The notes under the pieces are model-generated. The model ran no database searches. It saw only the letters and a list, made by a program, of their open reading frames with translations, and was not told the DNA's origin. This document shows positions 18,329-27,712 of a stretch of DNA of 64,000 nucleotides, in pieces (position 1 is the first letter of the stretch; every line of letters begins with the position of its first letter). A program made the position numbers and the translations under genes. The stretch lies in the NCBI GenBank assembly GCA_021324295.1, contig JAJPJJ010000088.1, forward strand, positions 24,902-88,901, given 5' to 3'. This stretch comes from Bacillota bacterium. GTDB lineage: Bacteria; Sysuimicrobiota; Sysuimicrobiia; Sysuimicrobiales; Segetimicrobiaceae.

Positions 18329-18931
18329 AATCAACGGTTTAGGACGCGGGCGGACGGCGTTGGAATATCGCTGAATCTGTCCGGCGGGCGAGTGATCCTC
18401 GCGGTCGGCGCCGGGTGGCTCGAAGAAGAGTTCGCCCTGCTGGGGCAGCCGTTTCGCGACCGCGGGCGCCGTCTGGTCGAGGCGATCCACGTGCTCCGCG
18501 CGTGCTGGGGCGCCGACCCGATCACCTTCGAGGGCGCGGTCTATCGTCTCGCCCCGTTTGCGATGGATCCGAAGCCGGCGCAGGGGTCGCGGCTCCCTGT
18601 CCTCGGGGGAGGGGAGAGCGACGCGGCCCTCCGCCGCGTCGTAGCGGCGTGCGACGGCTGGCACCCGCTCGGGCTGAGCCCCGAGAGGCTCGGGGAGCGG
18701 CTCGGGCGCCTCAGGGCGATGACGGCGCGCGCAGGGCGCTCGATGTCGGACCTGCTCCTCACGGCCCGCCCCGGCTGGGCGACCCCGCTCACGCATCAGA
18801 CGGCCGCGCGCTACGAGGAGCTCGGCGTTCGCCTGCTGGTGGCCGACGTCAACTACCGCGCGCTGACCCTCCCCGGGGCGCTCGCCGAGATCGAGCGGTT
18901 GGCCGCCGAGCTCCGCCTGCGGGACGGCTAG
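18329..18931 (+). pseudogene. 3-prime fragment of an LLM-class (luciferase-like, F420/FMN-dependent) oxidoreductase gene. The N-terminal half is missing.
   Basis: The in-frame segment ...SLNLSGGRVILAVGAGWLEEEFALLGQPFRDRGRR...DGWHP matches the LLM motif (LSGGRxxLGxGAGW). An in-frame stop occurs at 18326, and upstream of it lies non-coding A/T-richer DNA with direct repeats. The truncation point abuts the integrase 3-prime end. Confidence 0.6.
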
Positions 18932-19082
18932 GAGTGTGTCCGACAAGCGTCTTCCTGGCCGGGGGCCCAGCGCCAAGGCCCGAAACTTGGGCCCTGGCGG
19001 GCCGGCGTCGGCGCCAGGGACCGCGTGTCAGACGGACCCGAGCGCGGCGGGGGCGCCTGCGCCACGCGCCCGGCCCCGGCGG

Positions 19083-20912
19083 TCAGCCGGTCCTGCGTCC
19101 TTCCTGGTGCGCGTACTGCAGCCGGTAGAGCTTCGCGTAGATCCCTCCGCGCGCGAGCAGGGCCGCGTGGGTCCCCTGCTCGGCGATCCGGCCCTTGTGG
19201 AGGACGATGATCCGGTCCGCGTGCTGGACGGTGGAGAGCCGGTGCGCGATGATGATCGCGGTGCGGCCGCGGAGGGCCGTCCGCATCGCCTCCTGGATGA
19301 GCGCCTCCGTCTCGGCATCCACGCTGCTCGTGGCCTCGTCGCGGACGAGCAGGATCTCCGGGTTGAAGGCGAGCGCGCGTGCGAACGCGATGAGCTGCTT
19401 CTGTCCGGCCGACAGCCCGGCGCCGCGCTCCCGCAGCTCGGTGCGATACCGGTCCGGGAGGGTCTCGATGAACCGGTGGATGCCGACGCGCTCGGCCGCC
19501 CGGCGGATCTCCTCGTCGGAGATCGCACGCTCCCCGAGGCGGATGTTGTCCTCGATCGTGCCCGAGAAGAGGAAGACGTCCTGGAGGACCACGCCGATGT
19601 GCCGGCGGAGCTCGCGCTGGCGGAGCCGCCGGATGTCGACCCCGTCCAGGAGGATCTGTCCCCGCTGGGGATCGTAGAACCGGGCCAGCAGGTTGATGAC
19701 CGAGGTCTTGCCGGCGCCGGTGTGCCCGACGAGCGCGACCCGCTCGCCCGGCTCGACCGTGAACCGCACGCCGCGCAGGGCCCACGTCTCGTCGTCCTCG
19801 TACGCGAACCACACGTCCCGGAACTCGATCCGGCCGCGGACGCGGGGCAGGGGCAGGGGGTCGGGCGGATCCTGCACCACGACCGGCTCGTCGAGGACGC
19901 GAAAGATCCGCTCGGATGAGGCCATCGCCGCCTGCAGGATGTTGAACTTGTCCGAGAGGTCCCGGATCGGATCGAAGAACCGCTCCGCGTACTGGATCGC
20001 GGCGACGAGCACGCCGAGGGTGGCGATCCCGCGCACGACCTGCCCGCCCCCGTACCAGAGCAGGACCGCGACGCCGACCGTGCCGAGGAACTGGACCGCG
20101 GGATAGAACTGCGAGAAGTTCCACGTCGCGTCCAGGTTGGCCGCGAGGTAGCTCGTGTTGAGGGCGTCGAAGTCGCGCAGGCTGCGCGCCTCGCGGGTGA
20201 AGAGCTGGGTCACCGTCATGCCGGTGATCTGCTCGTTGAGGTAGGCGTTGATCCGCGCGAGGCGCGTCCGGACGGCGCGGTACGCCTCGCGGGAGCGGAC
20301 GCGGAACCGCTCGGTGACCGCGTAGACGACCGGCACCACGGAGAACGCGGCGAGCGCGAGCCGCCAGTTCATCCACAGCATCACGCCCATGATGCCGACG
20401 AGCGTGAAGATGTCCCCGAAGATCGCGACCACGCCCGAGGTGATCAGCTCGTTCAGGGCATCCACGTCGTTGGTGACGCGCGTGACGATCCGGCCAACCG
20501 GCGTGCGGCTGAAGAAGCCGACCGACAGCCGCTGGAGGTGGTCGACCATCTCCATCCGCAGGTCGGCCATCACGCGTTGCCCCACGAACTGCATCAAGTA
20601 GCTCTGCAGCCAGCGCGCGGCAAAGCCGACGGCCAGGATCACGAGGTAGAGCGCGGCGATCCCGGCGAGGCCGCGCATGAGCGCCCGCGCGTGCCCGGCC
20701 CCCGCGGCCCCGCCGAACGGCGCGATGTACCGGTCGATCGCCACGCGGTAGAGAGACGGGCCGGCCAACTCCGCGAGCGAGGCGACCAGCAGCAGCAGGA
20801 TCGCGAGCGCGACCGCGGCCCGGTACGGGCCGACGTACCGAAGGAGCCGGCGGATCAGCCGCGCGTCGTACGCTTTGCCAAGGATCGCGTCTTCGTCCAG
20901 GTACGCGCTCAT
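19083..20912 (-). CDS. ABC exporter subunit (fused TMD-NBD, MdlB/MsbA-like).
   Basis: Six-TM N-domain. Walker A GHTGAGKTS. Signature LSAGQKQLIAFARAL. Walker B ILLVRDEATS. Confidence 0.85.
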   Translation of the reverse strand: MSAYLDEDAILGKAYDARLIRRLLRYVGPYRAAVALAILLLLVASLAELAGPSLYRVAIDRYIAPFGGAAGAGHARALMRGLAGIAALYLVILAVGFAARWLQSYLMQFVGQRVMADLRMEMVDHLQRLSVGFFSRTPVGRIVTRVTNDVDALNELITSGVVAIFGDIFTLVGIMGVMLWMNWRLALAAFSVVPVVYAVTERFRVRSREAYRAVRTRLARINAYLNEQITGMTVTQLFTREARSLRDFDALNTSYLAANLDATWNFSQFYPAVQFLGTVGVAVLLWYGGGQVVRGIATLGVLVAAIQYAERFFDPIRDLSDKFNILQAAMASSERIFRVLDEPVVVQDPPDPLPLPRVRGRIEFRDVWFAYEDDETWALRGVRFTVEPGERVALVGHTGAGKTSVINLLARFYDPQRGQILLDGVDIRRLRQRELRRHIGVVLQDVFLFSGTIEDNIRLGERAISDEEIRRAAERVGIHRFIETLPDRYRTELRERGAGLSAGQKQLIAFARALAFNPEILLVRDEATSSVDAETEALIQEAMRTALRGRTAIIIAHRLSTVQHADRIIVLHKGRIAEQGTHAALLARGGIYAKLYRLQYAHQEGRRTG

Positions 20913-22747
20913 CGCCGGTCCTGCCCGGTGGGATCCGGCATCGTGGTCCCGCCCGGCTCCTGGTCCGCCCGCCCGCCCTCGGGCTCCGCGTCCCCCTCGG
21001 GCGGCTCCTCGGCCTCCAGCGCCTCCCGCAGCAGTTGCTTCTCGTAGAGGTCGGCGTACAGGCCGCCGCGGGCGAGGAGGTCCTCGTGCGTGCCCTGCTC
21101 GGCGATGCGGCCGCCGTTCAGCACCACGATCCAGTCGGCGTCCCGCACCGTGGAGATCCGGTGGGAGATCAGCAGGCAGGTGCGCGATCTCATGATCCCG
21201 CGCAGCCGCGTGAGGATCTCCTGCTCGGTGTGGGTGTCTACGCTGCTCAACGCATCGTCGAGGATCAGGATCCGCGGATCGCGGATCACGGCGCGGGCGA
21301 GCGCGGTGCGCTGCCGCTGTCCGCCCGAGAGCGTGACGCCCCGTTCGCCGACGAGCGTCCGGTAGCGGAGGGGAAACTCCTCAGCGTCCAGGGAGATCTG
21401 CGAGACCTCGGCGGCTGCGAGCACGCGGCGGCCATCCCCGCGCGCCTCGACGTCTGCGCCGAACGCGATGTTCTCGAAGAGCGTGTCCGAGAAGAGGAAC
21501 GTCTCCTGCGGGACCAGCGCGATCGCCCGCCGGAGCGACGCAAGCTCGATCTGCCGCACGTCGTGCCCATCCACGAGCACCTGCCCCTCCGTCGGATCGT
21601 AGAGGCGGGGGACCAACTGGACCAGCGTGCTCTTGCCGGATCCCGTCGGGCCGACCAGCGCGACGGTGCGGCCGGCGGGGATCGTGAGCGTGATACCGCT
21701 CAGCACGGGCGTGCCGCCCAACGTCAGCGAGACGTTCCGGAACGCGATCTCCCCGCGTACGGACGAGAGCACCACCGGATCGCGGGAATCGCGGATCGCC
21801 GGCCGCGCGGCGAAGATCTCGTCGAGCCGGTCCATCGACGCCCGGCCCTGCTGCCAGAGGTTCGTCACCCAGCCGAGCGCGATCATCGGGAAGCTGAGGC
21901 GCGCGAGGTAGTAGGAGAACTGTACCATCTGCCCGAGCGTGATCCGGCCCCGGATGACCGCGTCGCCGCCCTGCCACAGGAGCACGACGGATGCGATCCC
22001 CAGGATGAACCCGATCGCCGGCCACAGGGCGCCCTGCACGCGCGCCATCCGGAGGTTTGTCGCCACGACGTTCTCGGATTCCTCACGGAAGCGGGCACTC
22101 TGGGCGTCCTCGCGCGCGAACGCCTTGATCACCCGGATCCCGCTGAAGCTCTCCTGGGCGCGGGTCGACAGCGAGCTGAACTGCGCCTGGACCTCATCGA
22201 AGCGCCGGTGGATCTCCCGGCCGAGGACGATGAACAGCAGCGTGACCGCCGGCAGGATGAGCATCGTCCAGAGCGTCAGCGGGACGTCGATCGAAAGCAT
22301 GAACGCCACCGACGCGACGATCATCACGCTGGTGTGCAGCGAGCGCATCAGCCCCACCCCGGCGAACCGCTGCACCGCCCGGATGTCGTTGACGGCCCGG
22401 GCCATGAGATCCCCGGTGCGGACCTCCTGAAAGAACCCGAGGTGCATCCGCTGCAGGTGGCGGAAGTAGTCCCGCCGGAGCTCCGCCTCGATCCGCTGCG
22501 CGGCGCCGAGGATCCGGGTGCGCATCACGTAGCTCGTGGCGGCCTCCAGCAGCCCGAGCGCGACGAGGGCGCCCGCGTACATCGCGAGGAGCATCGGGGC
22601 CACGCCGTGCCGGATCCCGTCGACCGCGGCGCGGAGCACCCAGGGGGAGAGCTGGGCCATCGCGATCGAGGCGATGGCGGCCGCGTACCCGATGAGGTAC
22701 GCGCGGCGATACCTGTGGACGTAGGTCCAGAATCTCCGGCTGTGCAT
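20909..22747 (-). CDS. ABC exporter subunit (fused TMD-NBD), heterodimer partner.
   Basis: Contains GPTGSGKST, LSGGQRQRTALARAV and ILILDDALS. It overlaps the downstream partner gene by 4 nt. Confidence 0.85.
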   Translation of the reverse strand: MHSRRFWTYVHRYRRAYLIGYAAAIASIAMAQLSPWVLRAAVDGIRHGVAPMLLAMYAGALVALGLLEAATSYVMRTRILGAAQRIEAELRRDYFRHLQRMHLGFFQEVRTGDLMARAVNDIRAVQRFAGVGLMRSLHTSVMIVASVAFMLSIDVPLTLWTMLILPAVTLLFIVLGREIHRRFDEVQAQFSSLSTRAQESFSGIRVIKAFAREDAQSARFREESENVVATNLRMARVQGALWPAIGFILGIASVVLLWQGGDAVIRGRITLGQMVQFSYYLARLSFPMIALGWVTNLWQQGRASMDRLDEIFAARPAIRDSRDPVVLSSVRGEIAFRNVSLTLGGTPVLSGITLTIPAGRTVALVGPTGSGKSTLVQLVPRLYDPTEGQVLVDGHDVRQIELASLRRAIALVPQETFLFSDTLFENIAFGADVEARGDGRRVLAAAEVSQISLDAEEFPLRYRTLVGERGVTLSGGQRQRTALARAVIRDPRILILDDALSSVDTHTEQEILTRLRGIMRSRTCLLISHRISTVRDADWIVVLNGGRIAEQGTHEDLLARGGLYADLYEKQLLREALEAEEPPEGDAEPEGGRADQEPGGTTMPDPTGQDRR

Positions 22748-22851
22748 CGCGCGTCAGCGGCGGGGCACAGGCATTATACCGGCCGGCGGGATCGAGGGGA
22801 AGCTCACGCCGGCTGCGAGGGCGGGCGGCGGCCGCGCGGTGCGGGGCGCGG

Positions 22852-23505
22852 CTACCGCTTCCGGGCGACGAGCACCCCGTCCCGGAGTGGCACGATCGTG
22901 CTCACGAACTCCGGATCGGCAAAGACATCGCGCGTGAACTCCCGGACGCCCCTGGTCTCGGCGTCGGTGCAGGAGGGATCGAGCACGCGCCCCCGCCAGA
23001 ACATGTTGTCGGCGAGCATCAGCCCGCCCGGGGCGAGGTGCTGCTTGATCACCGGCAGCGATGCCGGATACGCTTCCTTCTCGATGTCGCTGAAGACGAT
23101 GTCGAACTGCCCGTCGGTCCGCCTCAGCTCCTCGACCGCCTCGCTGACCCGGAACCGGACGAGCTCGGCGAGGCCCATGCGGCGCAGATACTCGCGCGCG
23201 GATCGCGAGAGATCCTCGTCCCAGACGACGTGGAACACTTCCCCGCCACCGTTGTCCCGAACGCCCATCGCGAACCAGGCGGTGGAGTACCCGTATCCCG
23301 AGCCGAGCTCGAACACGCGCCGCGCCCGGCCGAGCCGCGTGAGCAGGTAGAAGAGCTGGCCGACGGCCGGCCCGACGATCGGGAAGCGGGTGCGCTGCGC
23401 GTAAGCTTCCATCTCCTGGAGGACGGGCGGACGCGGGGGGATCAGGCCTTCGAGGTAGGCTGCGAGGGCGGGCTGATGGGCGTCCTGATAGAGGTCCTTG
23501 CTCAC
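22852..23505 (-). CDS. Class I SAM-dependent O-methyltransferase (family 3, caffeoyl-CoA OMT-like).
   Basis: Contains VFELGSGYGYSTAWFA and DIVFSDIEKEAY. GTG start at about 23505 is preceded by AAGGAGG. Upstream ORF residues are R-rich. Confidence 0.7.
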   Translation of the reverse strand: MSKDLYQDAHQPALAAYLEGLIPPRPPVLQEMEAYAQRTRFPIVGPAVGQLFYLLTRLGRARRVFELGSGYGYSTAWFAMGVRDNGGGEVFHVVWDEDLSRSAREYLRRMGLAELVRFRVSEAVEELRRTDGQFDIVFSDIEKEAYPASLPVIKQHLAPGGLMLADNMFWRGRVLDPSCTDAETRGVREFTRDVFADPEFVSTIVPLRDGVLVARKR

Positions 23506-23789
23506 GGTAGCCTCCTTGCCGTGCCGTATCGGAGCCGCGTGGCCGGGTCGGGTGCGCTGCCGGAGGCGGATCGACCCTCCCCGGCGGCCGGTCGACCCAG
23601 GGGCGGCGCGACTACGAGCGCGGACTTCCTCCCCGTCTCGAAGCGGACCTTCCCGGCAGGGCGGAGACGTGGGGCCCCTAACGGCCATCGCCGGACGCCC
23701 GAGGGCGGATTCCACAGGCACCTGCTGCAGGAGAACGCCCGGCGGCGGAGAATTGGTCTGACAATAAGATCAGCAGATTATCTGCTGCA

Positions 23790-24491
23790 ATGGAGGCGGC
23801 CGTGCCGATCACGCCTGTCCGCTCTCCGAAGCTCTATCTGCTCATCGTCGAGCAGCTCAAGCAGCTCATCCAGCGCGGAGAGTACCGTCCCGGCGATCGC
23901 CTGCCGACGGAGCGGGAGCTGGCCCAGCTCTTCCAGGTGAGCCGTGCCCCCGTGCGGGAGGCGCTCGTCGCCCTGGAGTTACTGGACATCGTGGAAGGGA
24001 GGGTCGGCGGGGGGTGGTTCGTCCGCCGCGCCCCGGATGCGTCGCTCGACGTCGCGGCGGTGCAGGGACGGCCGCCCTCGGACATCCTCCACGCGCGTGT
24101 GCTCGTCGAATGCGCGGTGGTCGAGCAGGTCGCGCGCCAGTGTGACGAGGACGACCTCGACGCGCTCCGGCGCGCGGTGGAGGCGTTCGAGGCCGAGGTG
24201 GAGCGGGGCGAGTACCACGGCGACGCGGACCGTCTGTTTCACCTGACGCTCGCCCGGGCCAGCGGCAACACCGTCTTTGCCGACCTGGTGGGCTATCTCT
24301 GGGATCTGCAGAACGGGCAGTTCTTCCAGCGCGTCGAGGGGATGAGCGGGACGGCGCGCCCGCGCATGGAGCGGTACGCGGCGGAGCACCGGGCGATGTT
24401 CGAGGCGGTCGCGACGCGGGACGCCTCGCGCGCGCGCGAGGCGATGCGCCGCCACCTCGAGGGCGTGTACCAGGACCTGCTCGATTCCTAG
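23790..24491 (+). CDS. GntR family (FadR/FCD) transcriptional regulator.
   Basis: N-terminal wHTH LYLLIVEQLKQLIQRGEYRPGDRLPTERELAQLFQVSRAPVREAL. FCD-like C-terminal domain. Confidence 0.8.
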   Translation: MEAAVPITPVRSPKLYLLIVEQLKQLIQRGEYRPGDRLPTERELAQLFQVSRAPVREALVALELLDIVEGRVGGGWFVRRAPDASLDVAAVQGRPPSDILHARVLVECAVVEQVARQCDEDDLDALRRAVEAFEAEVERGEYHGDADRLFHLTLARASGNTVFADLVGYLWDLQNGQFFQRVEGMSGTARPRMERYAAEHRAMFEAVATRDASRAREAMRRHLEGVYQDLLDS

Positions 24492-24552
24492 CGGTCCCAC
24501 GGAGGGCGCCACGGCGGCTGGGGGTGAGGCGACGGAGTCTGTAGCGGATCGC

Positions 24553-25455
24553 GTGCAGGCCTCTCCGCGGCGCGTCCGTGCGCCGTGGCACACGGACGCT
24601 GCGGCGGCATGGGGCATGCTCGCGCCCACCCTGCTCCTCCTGCTGCTCCTCGCCGTCTATCCCCTCCTCTACGCCCTCTATCTCAGCATGACCAGCACGC
24701 AGGTCGGGACGCCCGGCCGCTTCGTGGGCCTCGCCAACTTCGTGCGGCTGCCGCAGACGCAGATCTTTGCCCTCACCCTCTGGAACACGGTCTGGTATAC
24801 GGTCGCCGCGGTGGCCGCCAAGCTCGTGCTCGGGCTCGCCCTGGCCCTCGTCCTCGCGCAGCGCGCCCCGGGCATGCGGTGGATCCGCGGCGCCGTGCTC
24901 GTGCCGTGGGTGGCTCCGATCTCGCTGAGCGTGCTCGCCTGGACGTGGATGTTCGACTTGTCGTTCAGCGTGATCAACTGGGTGCTGATGCACCTGCATC
25001 TCGTCCCCGGCCCGATCGCCTGGCTCGGGGCTCCCCGTCTCGCCCGCTGCGCGGTCGTGCTCGTGAACGTCTGGTCCGGGCTGCCGTTTTTCGGCATCAC
25101 GTTTCTGGCAGGCCTCGTCACGGTGCCGCAGGAGCTGTACGAGGCGGCGACGGTGGACGGGGTGGGCGCGATGGGCCGCTTCTGGGCGATCACGCTCCCG
25201 CTGCTGCGGCCGGTCCTCGCGACGGTGCTCCTCTTCTCGCTCGTGATGACGAGCAGCGACTTTGCCACCGTCTTCGTGCTGACGCACGGCGGCCCGATGA
25301 ACACCACCCAGCTTCTGGCCACGCTCGCGTTCAAGCTGGGGCTCGCGACGGGGGACCTCGGCAACGCCGCCGCGATCTCGCTGTACCTGTTTCCCGCGCT
25401 CGCCTGCATGACCTACGTGCAGGCCCGGCTGATGCGGAGGGCCTGGCAGTGGTGA
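24553..25455 (+). CDS. Carbohydrate ABC transporter permease (MalF-type).
   Basis: Six TM helices. EAA-like loop ...EAATVDGVGAMGRFWAITLP. Confidence 0.8.
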   Translation: MQASPRRVRAPWHTDAAAAWGMLAPTLLLLLLLAVYPLLYALYLSMTSTQVGTPGRFVGLANFVRLPQTQIFALTLWNTVWYTVAAVAAKLVLGLALALVLAQRAPGMRWIRGAVLVPWVAPISLSVLAWTWMFDLSFSVINWVLMHLHLVPGPIAWLGAPRLARCAVVLVNVWSGLPFFGITFLAGLVTVPQELYEAATVDGVGAMGRFWAITLPLLRPVLATVLLFSLVMTSSDFATVFVLTHGGPMNTTQLLATLAFKLGLATGDLGNAAAISLYLFPALACMTYVQARLMRRAWQW

Positions 25456-26285
25456 GCGGACGCCGCGCGGCCCTCACCTACGCGCTGTCGGCGCCGTTCG
25501 TGGTGTTTGCGCTGTTTCCGTTTGCCTGGATGCTCGTCACCTCCATCAAGAAGAACAGCGAGCTGTACGACCTTGCCCAAAACCCGTTCCTCGTGCGCGC
25601 GGGTCCCACGTGGGACCACTACCGGTTCCTCTTCCAGCACACGGCCTTCCCGCTGTGGCTCCGCAACTCCGCGATCGTCGCGATCGCGTCGACGGCGGCC
25701 TCGGTCGTGCTGGCGTCCCTCGCCGCCCACGCGCTCGCCCGGCTGCGGTTCCGCTACGCCGAGGGGGTCTCGACGTTCGTCTTCATCGTGTACCTCATGC
25801 CGACGACCTTGTTGTTTCTCCCGCTGGCCCGGGTCGTCTCCGCGTTGCACCTCTCCAACACCCTGTGGTCGCTGATCGTCACGTATCCGGCGTTCATGGT
25901 GCCATTCATTACGTGGATGCTCGCCGCGTACCTCAGCAGCATCCCCCGCGACCTCGAAGAGAGCGCGCTCGTCGACGGCTGCACGCGGCTCGGCGCGCTC
26001 TGGCGCGTCGTGGTGCCGCTTGCCCGGCCGGGCCTCATCACCGCGACGCTGTTTGCGTTCACGCTGGCGTGGAGCGAGTTCATCTATGCCCTGACGTTCA
26101 TCTCGACCACGAGCGTCAAGACCGTGACCGCCGGCGTTGTGGTCGATCTCATCCGCGGCGACGTCTTCTACTGGGGCTCGCTGATGGGCGGCGCGCTCGT
26201 GGCATCGCTCCCGGTGGTCCTGTTGTTCTCGCTGTTCCTCGACTACTACGTGGCGGGCCTGACGGCCGGCGCCGTCAAGGGGTAG
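25452..26285 (+). CDS. Carbohydrate ABC transporter permease (MalG-type).
   Basis: GTG at 25452 overlaps the upstream stop. Contains EESALVDGCTRLGALWRVVVPLARP. Confidence 0.8.
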   Translation: MSGRRAALTYALSAPFVVFALFPFAWMLVTSIKKNSELYDLAQNPFLVRAGPTWDHYRFLFQHTAFPLWLRNSAIVAIASTAASVVLASLAAHALARLRFRYAEGVSTFVFIVYLMPTTLLFLPLARVVSALHLSNTLWSLIVTYPAFMVPFITWMLAAYLSSIPRDLEESALVDGCTRLGALWRVVVPLARPGLITATLFAFTLAWSEFIYALTFISTTSVKTVTAGVVVDLIRGDVFYWGSLMGGALVASLPVVLLFSLFLDYYVAGLTAGAVKG

Positions 26286-26361
26286 GGGGTGAGAGCGCCA
26301 GCAGACGATCCCGCGTGGCCGACGGATGAGGGCCTCGGCTCCACAGATCGGGCAAGGGGGG

Positions 26362-27636
26362 ATGTCGATGGGGATGACGCGCAGGGCATTCGTCACAGTG
26401 GTAGGGGGCGCCGGGCTCGCGGCGGCCGCCGGTCTGGGACGCCCGCGGCCGGCCGCCGGGGCGGGCGCCACCCTGCGCCTTCTGGCGCACAGCTCGTACA
26501 ACGAGGATAGCGACAAGGCGATCGCCAGGCTCGGGGCGGAGTTCGCCGCCGCGCACAGCGCGACGTTCAGCGCGGACTTCATCGACCAGCCGGAGGTGGC
26601 CGCCAAGCTGACCGCGGAGGAGCAGGCTCAGGCGGGCCACGACATCGTCGACCTGCAGGATAATTTGCCGACGATCCACAAGGGCTTTCTCGTGCCCCTC
26701 GACGACGTCGTCGCGGAGATCACCAGGACGTACGGCGCCTTCTATCCCATCGCCAAGGACTCCGGGTACGTCGACGGCCACTGGCTCTCGATCCCGTGGC
26801 TCGGGAACTGCGAGCTCGGCGTGTACCGGGCGGACTACTTCGCGCAGGTCGGCGAGCGGCCGCCGGCGACCTGGACCGACCTGCTGCGCGCGGCTACGAA
26901 GCTGAAGAAGGCCGGGCATCCGGTCGGGATCGCGGTCAGCCAGTGCGAGGACTCCAACGCCGCGCTCTATCCGCTGCTGTGGTCGTTCGGCGCGTCCGTC
27001 ACGGATGCGCGGGGCCGCCTGACGATCGACTCGCCGGCGACGGGCGCGGCGCTCGACTACGTGCGCAGGCTCGCCGCGGAGATGGATCCGACGGTGTTCT
27101 CCTGGGACGACAGCAGCAACAACAAGCACATGCTCTCGGGCCGGGGCTCCTACACGATCAACGCGCCGAGCATCTACCTGAAGGCGAAACGCGACAAGAT
27201 GCCGTTTGCGGCCTCGGTCAAGCACGCCCAACCCCCGGCCGGGCCCAAGGGCCGCTTCTTCTACGCCGATATCCACGGCTGGGGGGTGTTCAAGTTCAGC
27301 AAGAACATCGACCTGGCCAAGCGGTTCCTGCGGTCGATGTACACGGCGGAGGGCCAGAAGGTCTTCCTGACGCTCGGCCAGGGCTACGACATGCCGGTCC
27401 TCCCGCACTTCGACGTGAACCCGCCGTACGCGGCCGATCCGCAGCTGCGCCCCGAGGTCGGGTTCCTCAAGAACGCCCACCTGGCGGCCTACCCGGCACC
27501 GCCGGACCCGCGTGCGGAGAAGGCGTACCAGACGTACGTGATCCCGAACATGTTCGCGCGCGCCGCGCAGGGCGCGTCGAACAAAGATGCGGTCGCGTTT
27601 GCGGTCAAGGCCCTGAAGGACATCGGCTACGCGTAG
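26362..27636 (+). CDS. ABC transporter extracellular solute-binding protein (family 1) with a TAT-like signal.
   Basis: Contains MSMGMTRRAFVTVVGGAGLAAAAGLG. Typical SBP_bac_1 spacing. Confidence 0.75.
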   Translation: MSMGMTRRAFVTVVGGAGLAAAAGLGRPRPAAGAGATLRLLAHSSYNEDSDKAIARLGAEFAAAHSATFSADFIDQPEVAAKLTAEEQAQAGHDIVDLQDNLPTIHKGFLVPLDDVVAEITRTYGAFYPIAKDSGYVDGHWLSIPWLGNCELGVYRADYFAQVGERPPATWTDLLRAATKLKKAGHPVGIAVSQCEDSNAALYPLLWSFGASVTDARGRLTIDSPATGAALDYVRRLAAEMDPTVFSWDDSSNNKHMLSGRGSYTINAPSIYLKAKRDKMPFAASVKHAQPPAGPKGRFFYADIHGWGVFKFSKNIDLAKRFLRSMYTAEGQKVFLTLGQGYDMPVLPHFDVNPPYAADPQLRPEVGFLKNAHLAAYPAPPDPRAEKAYQTYVIPNMFARAAQGASNKDAVAFAVKALKDIGYA

Positions 27637-27712
27637 GGACAGGGTCATCGTGCGGGCGGCGGGGAGCCACGGCTCCCCGCCGCCCGCGATCCTCGGCTCG
27701 CAGGAGCAGACG

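Noticed and set aside
13531-18357. 11-nt match GCGGACGGCGT at 13533 and 18347, considered as an attL/attR core for the integrase island.
   Set aside because: The match is too short for a GC-rich genome. Its left flank does not encode the missing N-terminal half of the LLM gene, so it is probably a chance match.
18235-18400. Search for a tRNA or tmRNA integration target next to the integrase.
   Set aside because: No cloverleaf-compatible sequence was found. This includes GGTTCGAATCC-like T-arm strings and a CCA end.
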